Source: Eledone cirrhosa
Lineage: Eukaryota
Length of the DNA: 64,000 nucleotides
NCBI GenBank assembly: GCA_964016885.1
Contig: OZ024759.1
Location: forward strand, 31,930,001 to 31,994,000
Direction of reading: 5' to 3'
Positions 42,624 to 55,972 of the stretch are shown piece after piece. Within the stretch, counting starts at the first letter, position 1; each line of letters opens with the position of its first letter. A program made the position numbers and the translations under genes. A model generated the notes under the pieces. The model made no database searches and was not told where the DNA came from. It saw nothing but the letters and a program-made list of their open reading frames with translations.

Positions 42624-44840
42624 CGCACACAAACAAACACATATACAGACACACAGACACACAGGAGAAAATGGCGGACATTGAATAAGAGTTGGTTCCG
42701 CTAGACCTGAGCTGAGAAGAAGATCTACAACTGTATGAGTCACAGTGTCTTGCTAGGTAACTGTTACTGGTGGTTGTTAGGTGGTGGTGGTGGGGAGATG
42801 GTGGTGGAGAGACGATGGTGGGGAGACGATGGTGGTGGTGGTGGTGGTGGGAGATGGTGGTGGTGGTGAAGGGTGGTGGAGATGGTGGTGATGGTGGGGA
42901 GATGATGGTGGTGGGGAGACGATGGTGGTGGTGGTGGGGAGATGGTGGTGGTGGTGAAGGGTGGTGGAGATGGTGGTGATGGTGGGGAGATGGTGGTGGG
43001 GAGATGGTGGTGGTGGTGGGGAGACGATGGTGGTGGTGGTGAGGAGATGGTGGTTGTGGTGAAGGGTGGTGGAGATGGTGGTGATGGTGGGGAGATGATG
43101 GTGGTGGTGGGGAGACGATGGTGGTGGTGGTGATGGTGAAGGATGGTGGTGGTGCTGGGGAGATGGTGAACGATGGTGGTGGCTGTGGGTGTGGTGGGGG
43201 AGATAGTGAAGGATGATGGTTGGTTGTTTGATGGTGGTGGTTGTAAGAAGATAGTGGTGAGGAGGAGGGGGAGAGGGAGATGAAGAAGAGTGAAGAGATG
43301 AGGAGGCAGAGGAAGATGAGAAAAAGAAGTCGAAGCATATATATATATACACACACACAGGTATATATATATACCTGTGTGTGTATATATATATATCTAT
43401 ATATATACACCATACCTGTGTGTGTGTGTGGGTATATATATATATATCTATATATATACACCATACCTGTGTGTGTGTGTGGGCATATATATATATACAC
43501 ATACAGGTATATATATATACCTGTGTGTGTGTATATATATATATACACCATACCTGTGTGTGTGTGTGGGTATATATATATATATATACACCATACCTGT
43601 GTGTGTGTGTGTGGATATATATATATATATATATATACACCATACCTGTGTGTGTGTGTGGATATATATATATATATATATACACCATACCTGTGTATAT
43701 ATATATATATATATATATATGCTTCAGCCAATACAGTTTCGAATCCCCGCCTCACCCCCCATTCTCTTTTCCTCATTATATATATTCTGTTCACAATTCT
43801 AGCTTCTGTCAGTTGATCCAACATCCCTGAAGAGTTAGCTGCTAATTTTAGCACTTTGATTACATAAATGTGATAGCAATGTCATAATACTCTGTGGCAA
43901 CAATAACAACACCAATAATAGCAACAATAACAACAACAACAATAGCAACAACAATAACAACAACAACCACAACAATAGCAACAACAATAGCAACAACAAC
44001 CACAACAATAGCAACAACAATAGGTAACAACAATAGCAACAACAATAGCAACAACGATCACAACAATAGCAACAACAACCACAACAATAGCAACAACAAT
44101 AGGTAACAACAATAGCAACAACAATAGCAACAACGATCACAACAACAACCACAACAATTGCAACAACAACCACAACAATTGCAACAACCACAACAATAGC
44201 AACAATAACCACAACGATAGCAACAACGACTGTAACCTTGGCAACCACAACATTGCCAACAGTAACGACAAACACTATAACAGCAACAATAACAACAATC
44301 ACAACATTAGCAACAGCAACTACAACATTAGCAGCAATAGCAACAGCGACATTGCCAATAGTAATAATCACAACATTAGCAACGATAACAAGAACTACAA
44401 TAGCAACAGCAACAACGACTACAGCATTAGCAACAATAACAACTACAACTGCAGCAACAATAGCAACAACAACAACCACACAATAGCAACATTAGCAAGA
44501 ATAGCAACTGAAGCAGCATTAGCAACGACGACCGCAACATTAGCAAACCACAAACAACGACCACAACGACAGCAACAATAACAACTACAACTGCAGCAAC
44601 AATAGCAACAACAACCACACATTAGCAACATTAGCAACTGAAGCAGCATTAGCAACGACGACCGCAACATTAGCAAAGCACAAACAACGACCACAACGGC
44701 AGCAACAATAGCAATCACAACTGCAGCAACAATAGCAACAGCGACCACAACGTTAGTAACGGTAGCAACAACAACAGCGACCACAACACTAGCAACAATA
44801 ACAACGACCACAACATTAGCAACAGCAACAATATTAGCAG
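42270..44840. repeat. Block of low-complexity minisatellites
   Basis: ACAAACACCCCACCTCACACGC units, GGT/GGAGAT units, CACCATACCTGTGTG units and ACA/GCA-rich units. Confidence 0.8.
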
Positions 44841-45214
44841 CACCAACACTGGAATTAACCGACGTCAGTAGTGCTGTTTAGCTCGCTAACAAAACACACA
44901 CGTGCACACACACACTGAAAAAAAAAAATGATAAGAATTACTTTTCTTGCGGTTATGCTTAGCCTTTCATCCTGACGGGGTCGATGAAATAAACTACCAA
45001 TAACACACTGAAGGAAGAGAATAGGATAACTTCAGTGCAGTTTCTTTTCTAAAATGGATATATTCTGTTTGTAATCTCCTCTACTTCGGATGAGAATATC
45101 GATCCTAGAATCGACATGATGGTAATCAAGTAAAGCTGATAAGTGGCCATTTGCGAAACACATGTTATGTGTGATTACGGATAAAATATGTTGCACTTTA
45201 ACTTCGATCTCTTT

Positions 45215-45254
<40 letters not shown>

Positions 45255-45258
<4 letters not shown>

Positions 45259-45508
45259 GTTTGTATATGTATAATAAAGCCAAAACAATGCAGGTATGGA
45301 CATAGAATAAAGAATGCGAATGCAAAAGATATTTAGATTTATTTAAATGTCCTTAAATAAATCTAAGGTAAAAGACTAATTGTCAACAATATCTTTTGCA
45401 TTTGCATTCTTTATTCTATGTCCATACCTGCTTTGTTTTGACTTTATTATACATATACAAACGTTTATACCTCATTACACAATGCTTCAAGTGAACTATA
45501 ACTTCCTC

Positions 45509-45512
<4 letters not shown>
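45255..45512. mobile_element. Palindromic remnant, family I
   Basis: Inverted arms meeting near 45353, with a ~45-nt right tail. Homologous to 41475-41632 and flanked by (TA)n. Confidence 0.75.
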
Positions 45513-45595
<83 letters not shown>

Positions 45596-45729
45596 ATGCT
45601 TTGGGAGGGTCGTGTTGCCAATAAGAAACATAGGCACCAGTTGCTTTTGCACTCCAATTTATTATAAATTAAATTAATAAATTTCCGGTTGGTTGGTTCG
45701 TTCCACAACCGGACGGTTGTTCATATATT

Positions 45730-45771
45730 GTCAAAGTTCTTTCGTCACAATTCTGTGACCTCTTCAGTGAC
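45730..45771 (-). ncRNA. Hammerhead ribozyme (family J; element 45590-45850)
   Basis: GTCA-CTGAAGA-G-GTCACA-GAAT-TGTGAC-GAAA-GAAC-TT-TGAC. Confidence 0.75.
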
Positions 45772-45988
45772 TGGGGATTCTTTTCTTTGTTTTTGTGCCT
45801 CTCCTTTGTTCTGTCCTATGTCATCTTGCTAAACAAATTCAGAAACGAAATATATATATATATATTTATATATATACATATATTATTTTAAACTAAAATA
45901 ACCAAAGACAACCACCAAAATAGTTGCCGTTAAGTAGGTCTTAGCAGGAAGAATATATCTTTCATTAAAAACGAGATTATAACATTTT

Positions 45989-46048
<60 letters not shown>

Positions 46049-46153
46049 TATATAAATTCATTTATCCATACATGTATGTGTAGATATATTTATATATATT
46101 ATATAGCTAAGATATATGGTACTTATATTGAGATATATAGTTTAAGTGTGTGT

Positions 46154-46209
<56 letters not shown>

Positions 46210-46314
46210 TTGTGTGTGTGTTATAAATTCATTTATCCATACATGTATGTGTAGATATATTTATATATATTATATAATTAAGATATATGATACTTACATT
46301 GAGATATAGTTTAA

Positions 46315-46391
<77 letters not shown>

Positions 46392-46853
46392 GTGTGTGTA
46401 TGTACGTGAGTAAGTGAACTAGCTCTCCATGAAATTTAATGAAAATATAAATTTTATGAAATAATAAAAAGCAAAACAAGAAGTTAAAACGTTGACTTGA
46501 AACCAAATATAATTTGAAATCAGTTCTGTAAATAATTCGCCATTTTTACATATTTTCGTCTTAACTTTGAAGGTTTTGCAATCTCAACCGTTATTTTGAT
46601 TTTTTGAAAAATTAATTTAAAATATAAAATTTACAATATGAGTTAAAATGTAATCTTATGTTGGAGACAATAGAAAGCTATGCTAACATTAATTTTAGTA
46701 TTTTTTCTTAAATATATATGATATATGTTTATATATATTTGTATTTAGTTATATATAAAATATATAATTGTTGTCTAGATACACAAATATATGTGCGAAC
46801 ACAGACAGACACAGACAAATATATATTCACCAGGTTAATTTTGGATATGTATG

Positions 46854-46939
<86 letters not shown>

Positions 46940-46984
46940 ATAAGAATTTTATTTCTCGCTCTAACATATATGAATACTTACTTG

Positions 46985-47063
<79 letters not shown>

Positions 47064-47286
47064 ACGATATAACGAAAAGTCACTTTGATATATCTAGTTG
47101 AGAAACGACTAGTATCTTGTACATATATATAATGATAATAAATGTACTTCGTCATAGAGAGAATCAACTCAAGATAGTCTTAAGTTCACTTATACGGCCG
47201 TTTCATGATAAATTCCAGAATATAATGTTTATAACCGATCTATTGATTGGGCTCAATTACAAATGAGTATATATATATATATATTT

Positions 47287-47483
47287 AACGAAGGAAGTGT
47301 GGTAAGGAACCAGGTGGACCATAACGCACCAGAATACTCGATACTTAGGGTAGTAGAGTGGGTAATAGGAAAAGAGTCGGGACCCCAACGGCTAAGCTCC
47401 GGTCGTTTCGACAGCTAGATCTGAACTGATCTAGCTGTCGAAACGGCCGGAGCTCAGCCGTCGGGGTCCTGACTCTTTTCCTA

Positions 47484-47484
<1 letters not shown>
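47287..47484. mobile_element. Family M palindromic remnant
   Basis: Same arms and tail. A partial arm also lies at 48245-48302. Confidence 0.75.
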
Positions 47485-47561
<77 letters not shown>

Positions 47562-47574
47562 ACTTTGCATTGAG

Positions 47575-47840
47575 AGATCACAGCTCCGATATTATGGGCA
47601 TCTAGTTAAAACGTCTGAGGAAATTTCATTGGACAGATTTTTACGGGCAAAGTCAACGAGGGCGAGGACGTGAGTAAGATGGTTGGATATCATCCTTGAG
47701 CACTGCTGGTCTCGTTTGGGGATCCAGTTGGATCAATTGGAGTCAGTTGCTTCTGATAGGACCCTCTGGATGGCGTTTCTTAGGACTCTTCCCCCCATAC
47801 CCACACAACCCCCTCAGGAATAAGTGGGCGAAGAAGAAGT
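47575..47840 (+). pseudogene. Degraded 3' end of an RTE-like LINE
   Basis: Manual translation gives RSQLRYYGHLVK ... RGRGR ... RWLDII ... ASDRTLW, which resembles the RTE/CR1-group C-terminal pattern LRW.GH / RGRP..RW.D / A.DR..W. Contains frameshifts and ends in a (GAA)n tail. Confidence 0.6.
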
Positions 47841-47849
47841 ACTCAACAA

Positions 47850-48112
47850 CGCGTAGCCTATTGGCAAGTGTGTTGGATTTTCGATCCGATCATACTGTCA
47901 TGGATTAGATTCCTCGATTGGATTGTGTGTTATGGTCTTGAGCAAAACACTTCATTACACAGCTGAAAATGAGTACCAGCAATAGCTGGGGGTTTAACCC
48001 TGCAATTACTGGCGTCTGTCTATGAAGAGTCGGGTACACTCAGTCACCTAACGCCAAGGAAACCGGAGATAAGCACTGGCCTAATGAGCCCTCGGCTTAG
48101 AACAGTCTTTAA
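47850..48112 (+). mobile_element. SINE family 2 (diverged)
   Basis: Shares CAGCTGAAAATGAGT.CCAGCAA, ACTGGCGTC and CTCAGTCAC.TAAC.CCA.GGAAACC with 55973-56232. Confidence 0.7.
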
Positions 48113-48312
48113 CTAACTTAAATTTATGTATAATCCTCTTTACTATAGGCTCTGAACATGTGCTTATATGAACAACTTATCATTTTATCGACACGTCAAT
48201 CAACCCCGATCACATGGCTATTCTACTGCAGGTAGTTTTGTCAATAGTCTGGAATTAGTTGTCGAAACGGCAAGAGCTCAGCCGTCGGTGCCCGACACTT
48301 TCTAATATAGAT

Positions 48313-48360
48313 ATGTTTCTTTATTAGCCACAGGGGCACAAAAGAAGGGGAAAAATACAT
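48313..48360 (-). mobile_element. Tx1 3'-tip remnant
   Basis: Reverse complement reads TTTTGTGCCCCTGTGGCTAATAAAGAAACATATCTA, matching the 3' ends of the other copies. Confidence 0.7.
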
Positions 48361-48485
48361 CTAATATAGATAGATAGGTAAATTGATAGATAGATAGATA
48401 GATAAATAGTGAGATAAATAGATAGATAGATAGATAGGTAAATAGTGAGATAGATAGATAGTTAGATAGATAGATAGATAGATAA

Positions 48486-48874
48486 ATTTCTTTATTAGCC
48501 ACAAGGGCACAAAAGTGGGACAAGTACAAAGGGGGGAGTTTACATGCAAAGGCGTCCTCAATATGGAGGAGGCAATAACAAGATATAAAAGTATAAAAAT
48601 AAAATAAAATATAACAAAATATATTTTATAACAAAATCCTCAATAGGGAGGGAGGAGGCGCCTTGGGGGTCGCACACACCCCCGAAAAAAAGTGTGCAGC
48701 CCTTCTCCTCAGGAGCACAGAGAGGGGGTGCTCCATTGGTCTTTCATCTTCCTCACCTATAGTCTGATGTAGAGTGAAGGCCCATTCACACAGGCCATTC
48801 TCGCCACTTTCACCCATCTTTCATAAAAATGGCTGGGGTGCAGCACCTCTCTCTCCATCCTGGTCCTTCTTCCG
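48486..48874 (-). mobile_element. Short Tx1-like copy (ORF2 end plus 3' UTR)
   Basis: Encodes GRRTRMEREVLHPSHFYERWVKVARMACVNGPSLYIRL, then the 3' UTR, then (GATA)n. Confidence 0.9.
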
Positions 48875-48881
48875 ATAGATA

Positions 48882-51787
48882 TGTTTCTTTTATTTGCCAC
48901 TAGGGCATCAAAAGTGGGACAAGTACAAAGGGGGGAGTTTACACAAAAAGGCGTCCTCAATAAGGAGGAGGCAATAACAAAATATAAAAATAAAATAAGA
49001 TATAACAAAAAATAAAATTTATAACAAACTCCTCAATAGAGAGGAGGCGCCTTGGGGGGTCGCACACACCCCCGAAAGAAGTGTGCAACCCTTTTCCTCA
49101 GGAGCACAGAGAGGGGGTGCTCCCTCATTCCTTCCTCTTTTCCAGCTACAGGCTTATGTAAAGAGAAGGCCCATTCACACGGGCCATTCTCGCCACTTTC
49201 ACCCACCTTTCATAAAAACGACTGGGGTGCAGCACCTCTCTCTCCATCCTGATCCTTCTTCCGAAATGATATCGGAAGAAACGGACCAGTTGTTGGCCAG
49301 AGAGAAAGGTGCCTGACCTCAGTCCTTTCAGACGCGTCCACCATACAACCTCTTTCGCCATGGCTATTACGCACAGAAACACCGCCTCTGCTTCATCTTT
49401 GAAGGGGGGAGGCGGCTTGATCATTACAATAGACTCGGTGGTCAACCGGATCGGTCCCACCCTTGACAGCAGTTGTTCGACATAGCCCCACAGATCGGCT
49501 ACGCCCGAGCAGTGTACCAATGCGTGTGCAACGGTTTCCTCGTCGCACACGCATCTGGGACAGATCTTTTTGGCGGGGTCCCTACCCGGGCGCCCGTGTC
49601 TGTAGAGCCTTTCTCGAACGGGTAAAGCCCCTCGGTAGCACTGCCAGGCCAGGGACTTCTGGAAGTTGTCCATAGGTCCCGGGCTGAATGTCCTACCGAA
49701 CAGGCTGGCCAGTTCGTCCTCCTCCATGTCTAGGGCTTCTCCGAGGGCGTCGTCGCACCTGCTGCGTACCAGCCCTCTATAGAATGTTGCGGTGGAGTCT
49801 CCACTGATAACCGGATCCGCCTGCCAGAGGGCGGTGAGCGCCTGGGCACACTCAGTGTGCCAGGCGCCCAGTTTTCTCGGTCTTTGCTTGACCCAGGATT
49901 GCAGCTCGGTGAGTGAGACGAGTCTGGGAAAGGTTCGTCTCACAAACGAGGCCCACACCGGTTGTCCGGTGAGGAATACGTAGAGGTGCCGTAGCCTTAA
50001 TGCGTGTTTACGCATCATTAGCCACGGCATCCCCAGCCCTCCTTTCGAAGGGTGTTGACAGCAGATGGATCTCCTCACCATAGGAGCCCGCCTCTTCCAA
50101 AGGAATTGGAAGAGCGCGCGCTCCATCTTGGTGAGGGTTTCCCTTGGGCAGGGCACTACGGTCAGACGGTAGTAGATGACGGACGCTATATAAGTGTTCG
50201 CCACCTCCGCCCGACCTTTCAGGGATAGTTTGCAACTGGCCCACTTCTGGGTCAGTGCAAACACCCTGTTCGTAACCTCCGCCCAGTTTTTCTCCACCTG
50301 GAGGTCCGGTCCGAACCAGACCCCGAGCAACTTCACCGGGCCCTCCGTCCAGCGTCCGACGACGCCATCGGAGGGCATCGGTCTGCCCCTCCACGTGCCG
50401 AGTTGCAAACCGATCGACTTGTCCCGGTTCAGCTTAGCCCCTGTGAACTTTTCGTACTCCTCCAGTAAGGTGCCGACCGCCTCGATTTCGGAGGCCGTCG
50501 ACACCATTACTGTCACATCATCGGCGTAGGCTGACACCGCTTTCCGCAATCCCGGTTCCAAAGGGATGCCCTGCAACAACTCCAACTTCCGCAGTAGTGG
50601 CTCGAGAGTCAACACATACAGAAGGGAGGAGAGAGGGCACCCTTGTCGGATGGACCGCGCGATTTTGAACGGCTCCGAGAGGTAGCCGTTCACCTTGACC
50701 CTAGAGCAGATGCGGCTGCTGTGCATAGCAGTGATCCAGCCCCTGAAAACGGGTCCGAAGCCTGCCGCCTCTAGCACCGCATCCAGGTAACCATGGTCGA
50801 CCCTATCGAACGCCTTAGATTGATCCAAGTTGATCAGAGCCCCACCAAAGCCGGGTTCGTTCCCAACCCTCTCTATGATGTATCGCATGAGGTGGAGGTT
50901 GTCATGGATGGACCTGGACGGGATAGCGCATGTCTGCGCATCTCCCACCAGGTTGCCCACGACAAGCGCCAACCTCTTTGCTAGCACCTTGGCCAAAATC
51001 TGTAACTCTGTGTTTAGCAGAGTTATGGGCCTGAAGTTACTTATTTCGTCCCCCTTGTTCTCGTCCTTCCTCACTAGCGTGACTACGCCCTTGGTCACAG
51101 TACAGGGAATTCTCCCGTTCTGTTGCCAGTTGCAGTAGACCGCCTCGAGGAGATCGGGGAACAAGTCCGGCATAGCTAGATATAATTCGTAAGGAAGACC
51201 ATCGAGACCCGGGGATTTGCGTTTGCCGCATTGTCTTAGCACGTCCTCTATCTCAGCGGCCGAAATCGGCTCCTCGCAGGACTTCGCCTCCCTGTCCGAG
51301 AGGCGCGGCAGGCCGTCGAGGTATGGACCGAAGTCCACGTTCCCAACCGGCTCCCCGCCCCTCCCGAACAGTCGGGCAAAGTGCCTTTGAAAGGCCTCAC
51401 ACATCTGCTTAGGCTCAAGAATCGCCCGTCCATCCAGGTCTCGCAAAGACCGGATGGTGGATTTAGTTCCACTGTTGGCCTCTGTCACGCGGGCCCAGCT
51501 AACAGCTTTGGTCCCCTCGTTCCCTAGAGCCCGTATTTTACTTCGGACAACGCAACCTTCGTGCTTCGCGTCGAAAAACTGGCTCAAAGCCGTTCTCGAC
51601 GCTAGCACTCTGGCCACGTCGCCGCTTCTAATTGCCTCTTCTACTCTATCTATTAGCTCCCTTTCCTTCCTATTCCTATCCGCAGCTAGAACCTTACTAA
51701 ATTCAATCGAGACTACTCTAATCTCTCTCTTTAGAGATACCCACCACCTGCTGTTGACGATCGCTCCAGTCAACCGTTCCTTCTTCC

Positions 51788-51788
<1 letters not shown>
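48882..51788 (-). mobile_element. 5'-truncated Tx1-like LINE (2.9 kb, longest copy)
   Basis: Reverse complement of the same family. It starts at the (GATA)n tract at 51789-51850. Confidence 0.94.
49146..51788 (-). CDS. Tx1-like ORF2 (linker, complete RT, CCHC; APE endonuclease lost by truncation)
   Basis: About 880 uninterrupted codons with KSPGLDGLP, NFRPITLLN, DQSKAFDRVDH, RQGCPLS, YADD and CPRC..H..C. The first ~100 aa of the 979-aa ORF call are flank and microsatellite read-through. Confidence 0.85.
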
Positions 51789-51836
<48 letters not shown>

Positions 51837-52199
51837 ATAAGATAGATAGAGGTCGTTTTTCTGGTTTAACACTTGGTTTAAAGTCAACTGTGGCAATGCT
51901 GACATATGACCCAGAGCATTCCAGTTGTGACCATCCGGTTTATTTTTGCAAGGAGTATTCAGGTTTACGTTATCTAATTTGTCCATTTGTGATTTGAGGG
52001 AAATTTGGTTACTATATCCAGCAGGTCGATTTATGTGAAGTGGGATAGGGGAGGTGAGAGAAGGGTGTGAGGTGTGGTGGGACATGGGAAGGTGGAATAA
52101 GGGTGTGTGGTGGGATTAAGTACCCCAGTTAGGTTCAAAGGGTGCAATTAGTTTATAAACCAATGATACTTCCGGTAAAGATTTCTTGAGGATTTGTGA

Positions 52200-52556
52200 T
52201 GGTGAGACGATGGTGGTGGTGGTGATGGTGGTGGTGGTGGTGGTGGTGGTGGTGGTGGTGGTGGTGGTGGTGGTAGTGGTGGTGGTGTGAGTTGTAGTGA
52301 TGGTGGTTGTGGTGGTGACGGGATGCTGGTGGTGGTGGTGGTGGTAGTGGTTGTGGTGTGAGTTGTAGTGATGGTGACGGGATGCTGGTGGTGGTGGTGG
52401 TGGTAGTAGTGGTTGTGGTGTGAGTTGTAGTGATGGTGGTTGTGGTGGTGACGGGATGCTGGTGGTGGTGGTGGTGGTAGTAGTGGTTGTGGTGTGAGTT
52501 GTAGTGATGGTGGTTGTGGTGGTGACGGGATGCTGGTGGTGGTGGTGGTGGTGGTA
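52200..52556. repeat. GGT-rich ~70-bp tandem repeat
   Basis: GTGACGGGATGCTGGTGG and GTGAGTTGTAGTGATGG each recur four times. Confidence 0.85.
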
Positions 52557-52656
52557 CGGGAGAAAAAGACATTAACCTAGCGGTGTGGTTTCATTTTACG
52601 GATGTAGCTTATTGACGCTGTCATGCTGTCTACACATACATACACACACTAATATA

Positions 52657-52751
<95 letters not shown>

Positions 52752-52754
52752 ATT

Positions 52755-52789
<35 letters not shown>

Positions 52790-52826
52790 TTATATATATG
52801 TATATATATATATATTTATATATATT

Positions 52827-52861
<35 letters not shown>

Positions 52862-52871
52862 ATATATTTAT

Positions 52872-53227
52872 ATTGTTATACTTTGGGAGGGTCATGTTGC
52901 CAATAAGAAACACATGCACCAGTTGCTTTCACTTCAATTTATTATATATTTATAAATTTATAAATTTACAAATTTACAAACTTATAAATTTCTGGTTGGT
53001 TGGTTGGTTCCACAACCAGATAGAACCAACCAACCAACCAACCAACCAGAAATTTATAAGTTTGTAAATTTGTAAATTTATAAATTTATAAATATATAAT
53101 AAATTGAAGTGAAACAACTGGTGCGTGTGTTTCTTATTGGCAACATGACCCTCCCAAAGTATAACAATATCGGTTTCAACACACGATTTCAGATAAAGAA
53201 TCTTGCTAAACAAATTCAGAAACGAAA
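52872..53227. mobile_element. Palindromic remnant, family J
   Basis: Inverted arms of ~140 bp centred near 53018, plus a tail ending ATCTTGCTAAACAAATTCAGAAACGAAA(TA)n. The same tip is at 45823-45850. Confidence 0.78.
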
Positions 53228-53235
53228 TATATATT

Positions 53236-53444
<209 letters not shown>

Positions 53445-53574
53445 GGAAAGTTATATTTAAAATTGTTGGGTTACAACTAGTAAATATTTATAACTGATAT
53501 AAAAGCACTCGACAAATATTTGGAGTATATTTACAATATTAAATAAATGGAAACTATATTTATAAAACCATATT

Positions 53575-53640
53575 TATTTCATTATATATATTTCGGGGAT
53601 ATCATATTAACAATATGCTATGCCTTCCTCAGACAAAATA
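53575..53640 (-). ncRNA. Hammerhead ribozyme (family D variant)
   Basis: Minus strand reads TATTTTGT-CTGAGGA-AGGCATAGCATATT..AATATGATATCCCC-GAAA-TATATA-TA-ATGAAATA. The downstream flank is homologous to 36631-36660. Confidence 0.72.
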
Positions 53641-53772
53641 CAATATAAACAGTTTTATAGATAAATAGATTCGACATACCGTTATAACACCGACTTGCAT
53701 TTGAAGAGGTTAAGCTGGCAGTGAAAAAATTTTATACAGAGAGAAAGAAAGAGAGAAAAAAAAAAAAAAATT

Positions 53773-53805
<33 letters not shown>

Positions 53806-53812
53806 ATATATA

Positions 53813-53875
<63 letters not shown>

Positions 53876-53877
53876 TA

Positions 53878-54190
53878 TTTAGAGAGTGAACAACACAATA
53901 TATATTTACTCCATTATCAAAGGTTTCAGCATCCCAGACAATATTAATATATGTCTAGATCGTTCATCAGAGAGAGAGAGATGTTATGAATATTTCATAT
54001 TTTCTATTCATAACATTGCTGTCTGATGAACGATCCAGACGTATATTAATATTGTCTGGGATCCAGAAACCTTTGGTAATGGAGTAGTTATATATTGTGT
54101 TGTTCACTTTCTAATTAAAGAGCTCTGTATTATACATAGAGCACTCTTTTTTCTTTTGCTTTTTTCTTCGGAATTACCTAACATATATAG
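53878..54190. mobile_element. Palindromic remnant, family G, with two diverged hammerheads
   Basis: Plus strand 54019-54082 reads CTGT-CTGATGA-ACGATCCAGAC..GTCTGGGATCCA-GAAA-CCTTTGG-TA-ATGG. Minus copy at 53911-53970. Confidence 0.72.
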
Positions 54191-54624
54191 TATTTATATT
54201 AACAGTTTGACTTATTTCTGCACTTCCAGCAGTTTCAACACGTCTGTCTCATCAAATATCAGGAAATACCATAAATAAATTACTGGAACGTTTTTTTTTT
54301 ATTACAAAAATCAATGGAGGTTACTTTTGTTTATTCCTATAGAGTTATCTCCCTTAGAATTAAATGTGGTTATCTCCCTTGATTAATTTGCTGCAAGTTC
54401 TGTATTAACGATGGCGATTTAAAATGCACACACACACACACAGACATATTCTTAGATACAAACAAACATACACACCTACATACACAGACACAAACATGCA
54501 TACACAGAGACATAAATACACAGACACAAACATACGTACACAGAGACATACATACTCACACAGACACATACATACACATACAGACACATACATAGATACA
54601 TATATACTCACATATACATACATT

Positions 54625-54813
54625 ATAATTGTTTCTAATTTTGGCACAAGACCAGCAATTATTCCAGTGTATTACTGGTACTTTATTTTATCGACCTCGT
54701 AAGGATGAAAGGCAAAGTTAACCTCGGTGGGATTTGAACTCAGAATGGCAAGGGCCGTAACTCTATGCGTCAAAGCATGGTGTCCGACTCTCTACCGATA
54801 CTGCCAATTCACC
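54625..54813 (-). mobile_element. tRNA-derived SINE, family 1 (full length)
   Basis: Minus strand has box A TGGCAGTATCGGT, box B GAGTTCAAATCC, then GCCTTTCATCCTTACGAGGTCGATAAAATAAAGTACCAG and an AT tail. Repeated at least 6 times in the window. Confidence 0.8.
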
Positions 54814-55345
54814 TATAATGACTGCATCTCGGTTTCGAGAATTGTCACCCCTTGGCCTTTTTCTCAGGGAGCATGTACATGACCTTTTAACCACCTAGGA
54901 CGTAGATTCTTTTCTGTATATGCTGCATATACACTTAAAGCACACAAACCCACATTCATATGGATCTCCGACGGCCTCGACGATGACTGTTCTAGTTGTT
55001 CAGTCAATAGAACCAACAATCCAGTGAATTCCTGTTTAAATGGTTGACTATTCCACAGACATATCATGTATACTCTTAAAGCAATTGCTAGCGGTTCGAC
55101 AAAAATAGATCAATAAAACAGGTACGAAACCTGATAGACGTATATACTAATGTCGATAAAATCGACTGAATCAAGCACAGGCTCCAGCATGGCCAACATT
55201 TCTAATGAGAAGATCAAGGGAAGTAATATAGAGACAATTTTATAATAGTTATCTTTCTTACCTAATTTGCATTTTTTTCCGTGTAAAAGTGACTTTTAGC
55301 GTCGTGATTGATTGTAGATCGAAGCCTAACAATCTATCATCTCTC

Positions 55346-55416
<71 letters not shown>

Positions 55417-55972
55417 TTTAAAAAAAATGTTGGTAGACACAAAGGAAAACGGACGAAACAGAGGGCAGTCCCTTCTCACGAAGGGCCAGTCGTCCTATCT
55501 TGTGTCTATTTGTTACTGTCTTAAGTGCACTGGAGGTAGTAGTATCGACCTTTGAAACACTGAAACCACAATGATCTCCATAGGTTGACTGATGAGAAGG
55601 TCAGTTATACAGTTATACAGATGGGACACATCCAGACCATAGAGTAGTGTGTTGAGCAACTTGGTCTTTAAAAAATAATAATACTGCAGATATGAGCTTC
55701 AGATTACACCAGGATTTCACAATATTTGAGGCAGGGAATTGGGGAATTATATTATCCATGGATTCATGAAAAGAAATGCCATGGGAAAATAGATTTCTTA
55801 TTTGCTGATACTTTATGAATCTAGAACTATTTTAATCAATAAAAAGGGGTCGAGTTAGAGGCATTGAGAATGTTCTGCTATCTATCAGAGAATATAAACA
55901 AATAACAATGATTTGGATACCAAACCATACAGATATTAGGGGATCAATTAGCCAAGTGGATAAATTAGCCAA

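Noticed and set aside
42665-42756. Exon-like segment (CAG|...ATGGCG...AG|GTAACT)
   Set aside because: It has stops in all three plus frames and no partner exons.
51789-52085. N-terminus of the 979-aa ORF as a host-LINE fusion
   Set aside because: It is read-through of (TCTA)n (SIYL repeats) and flanking DNA, with no recognisable domain.
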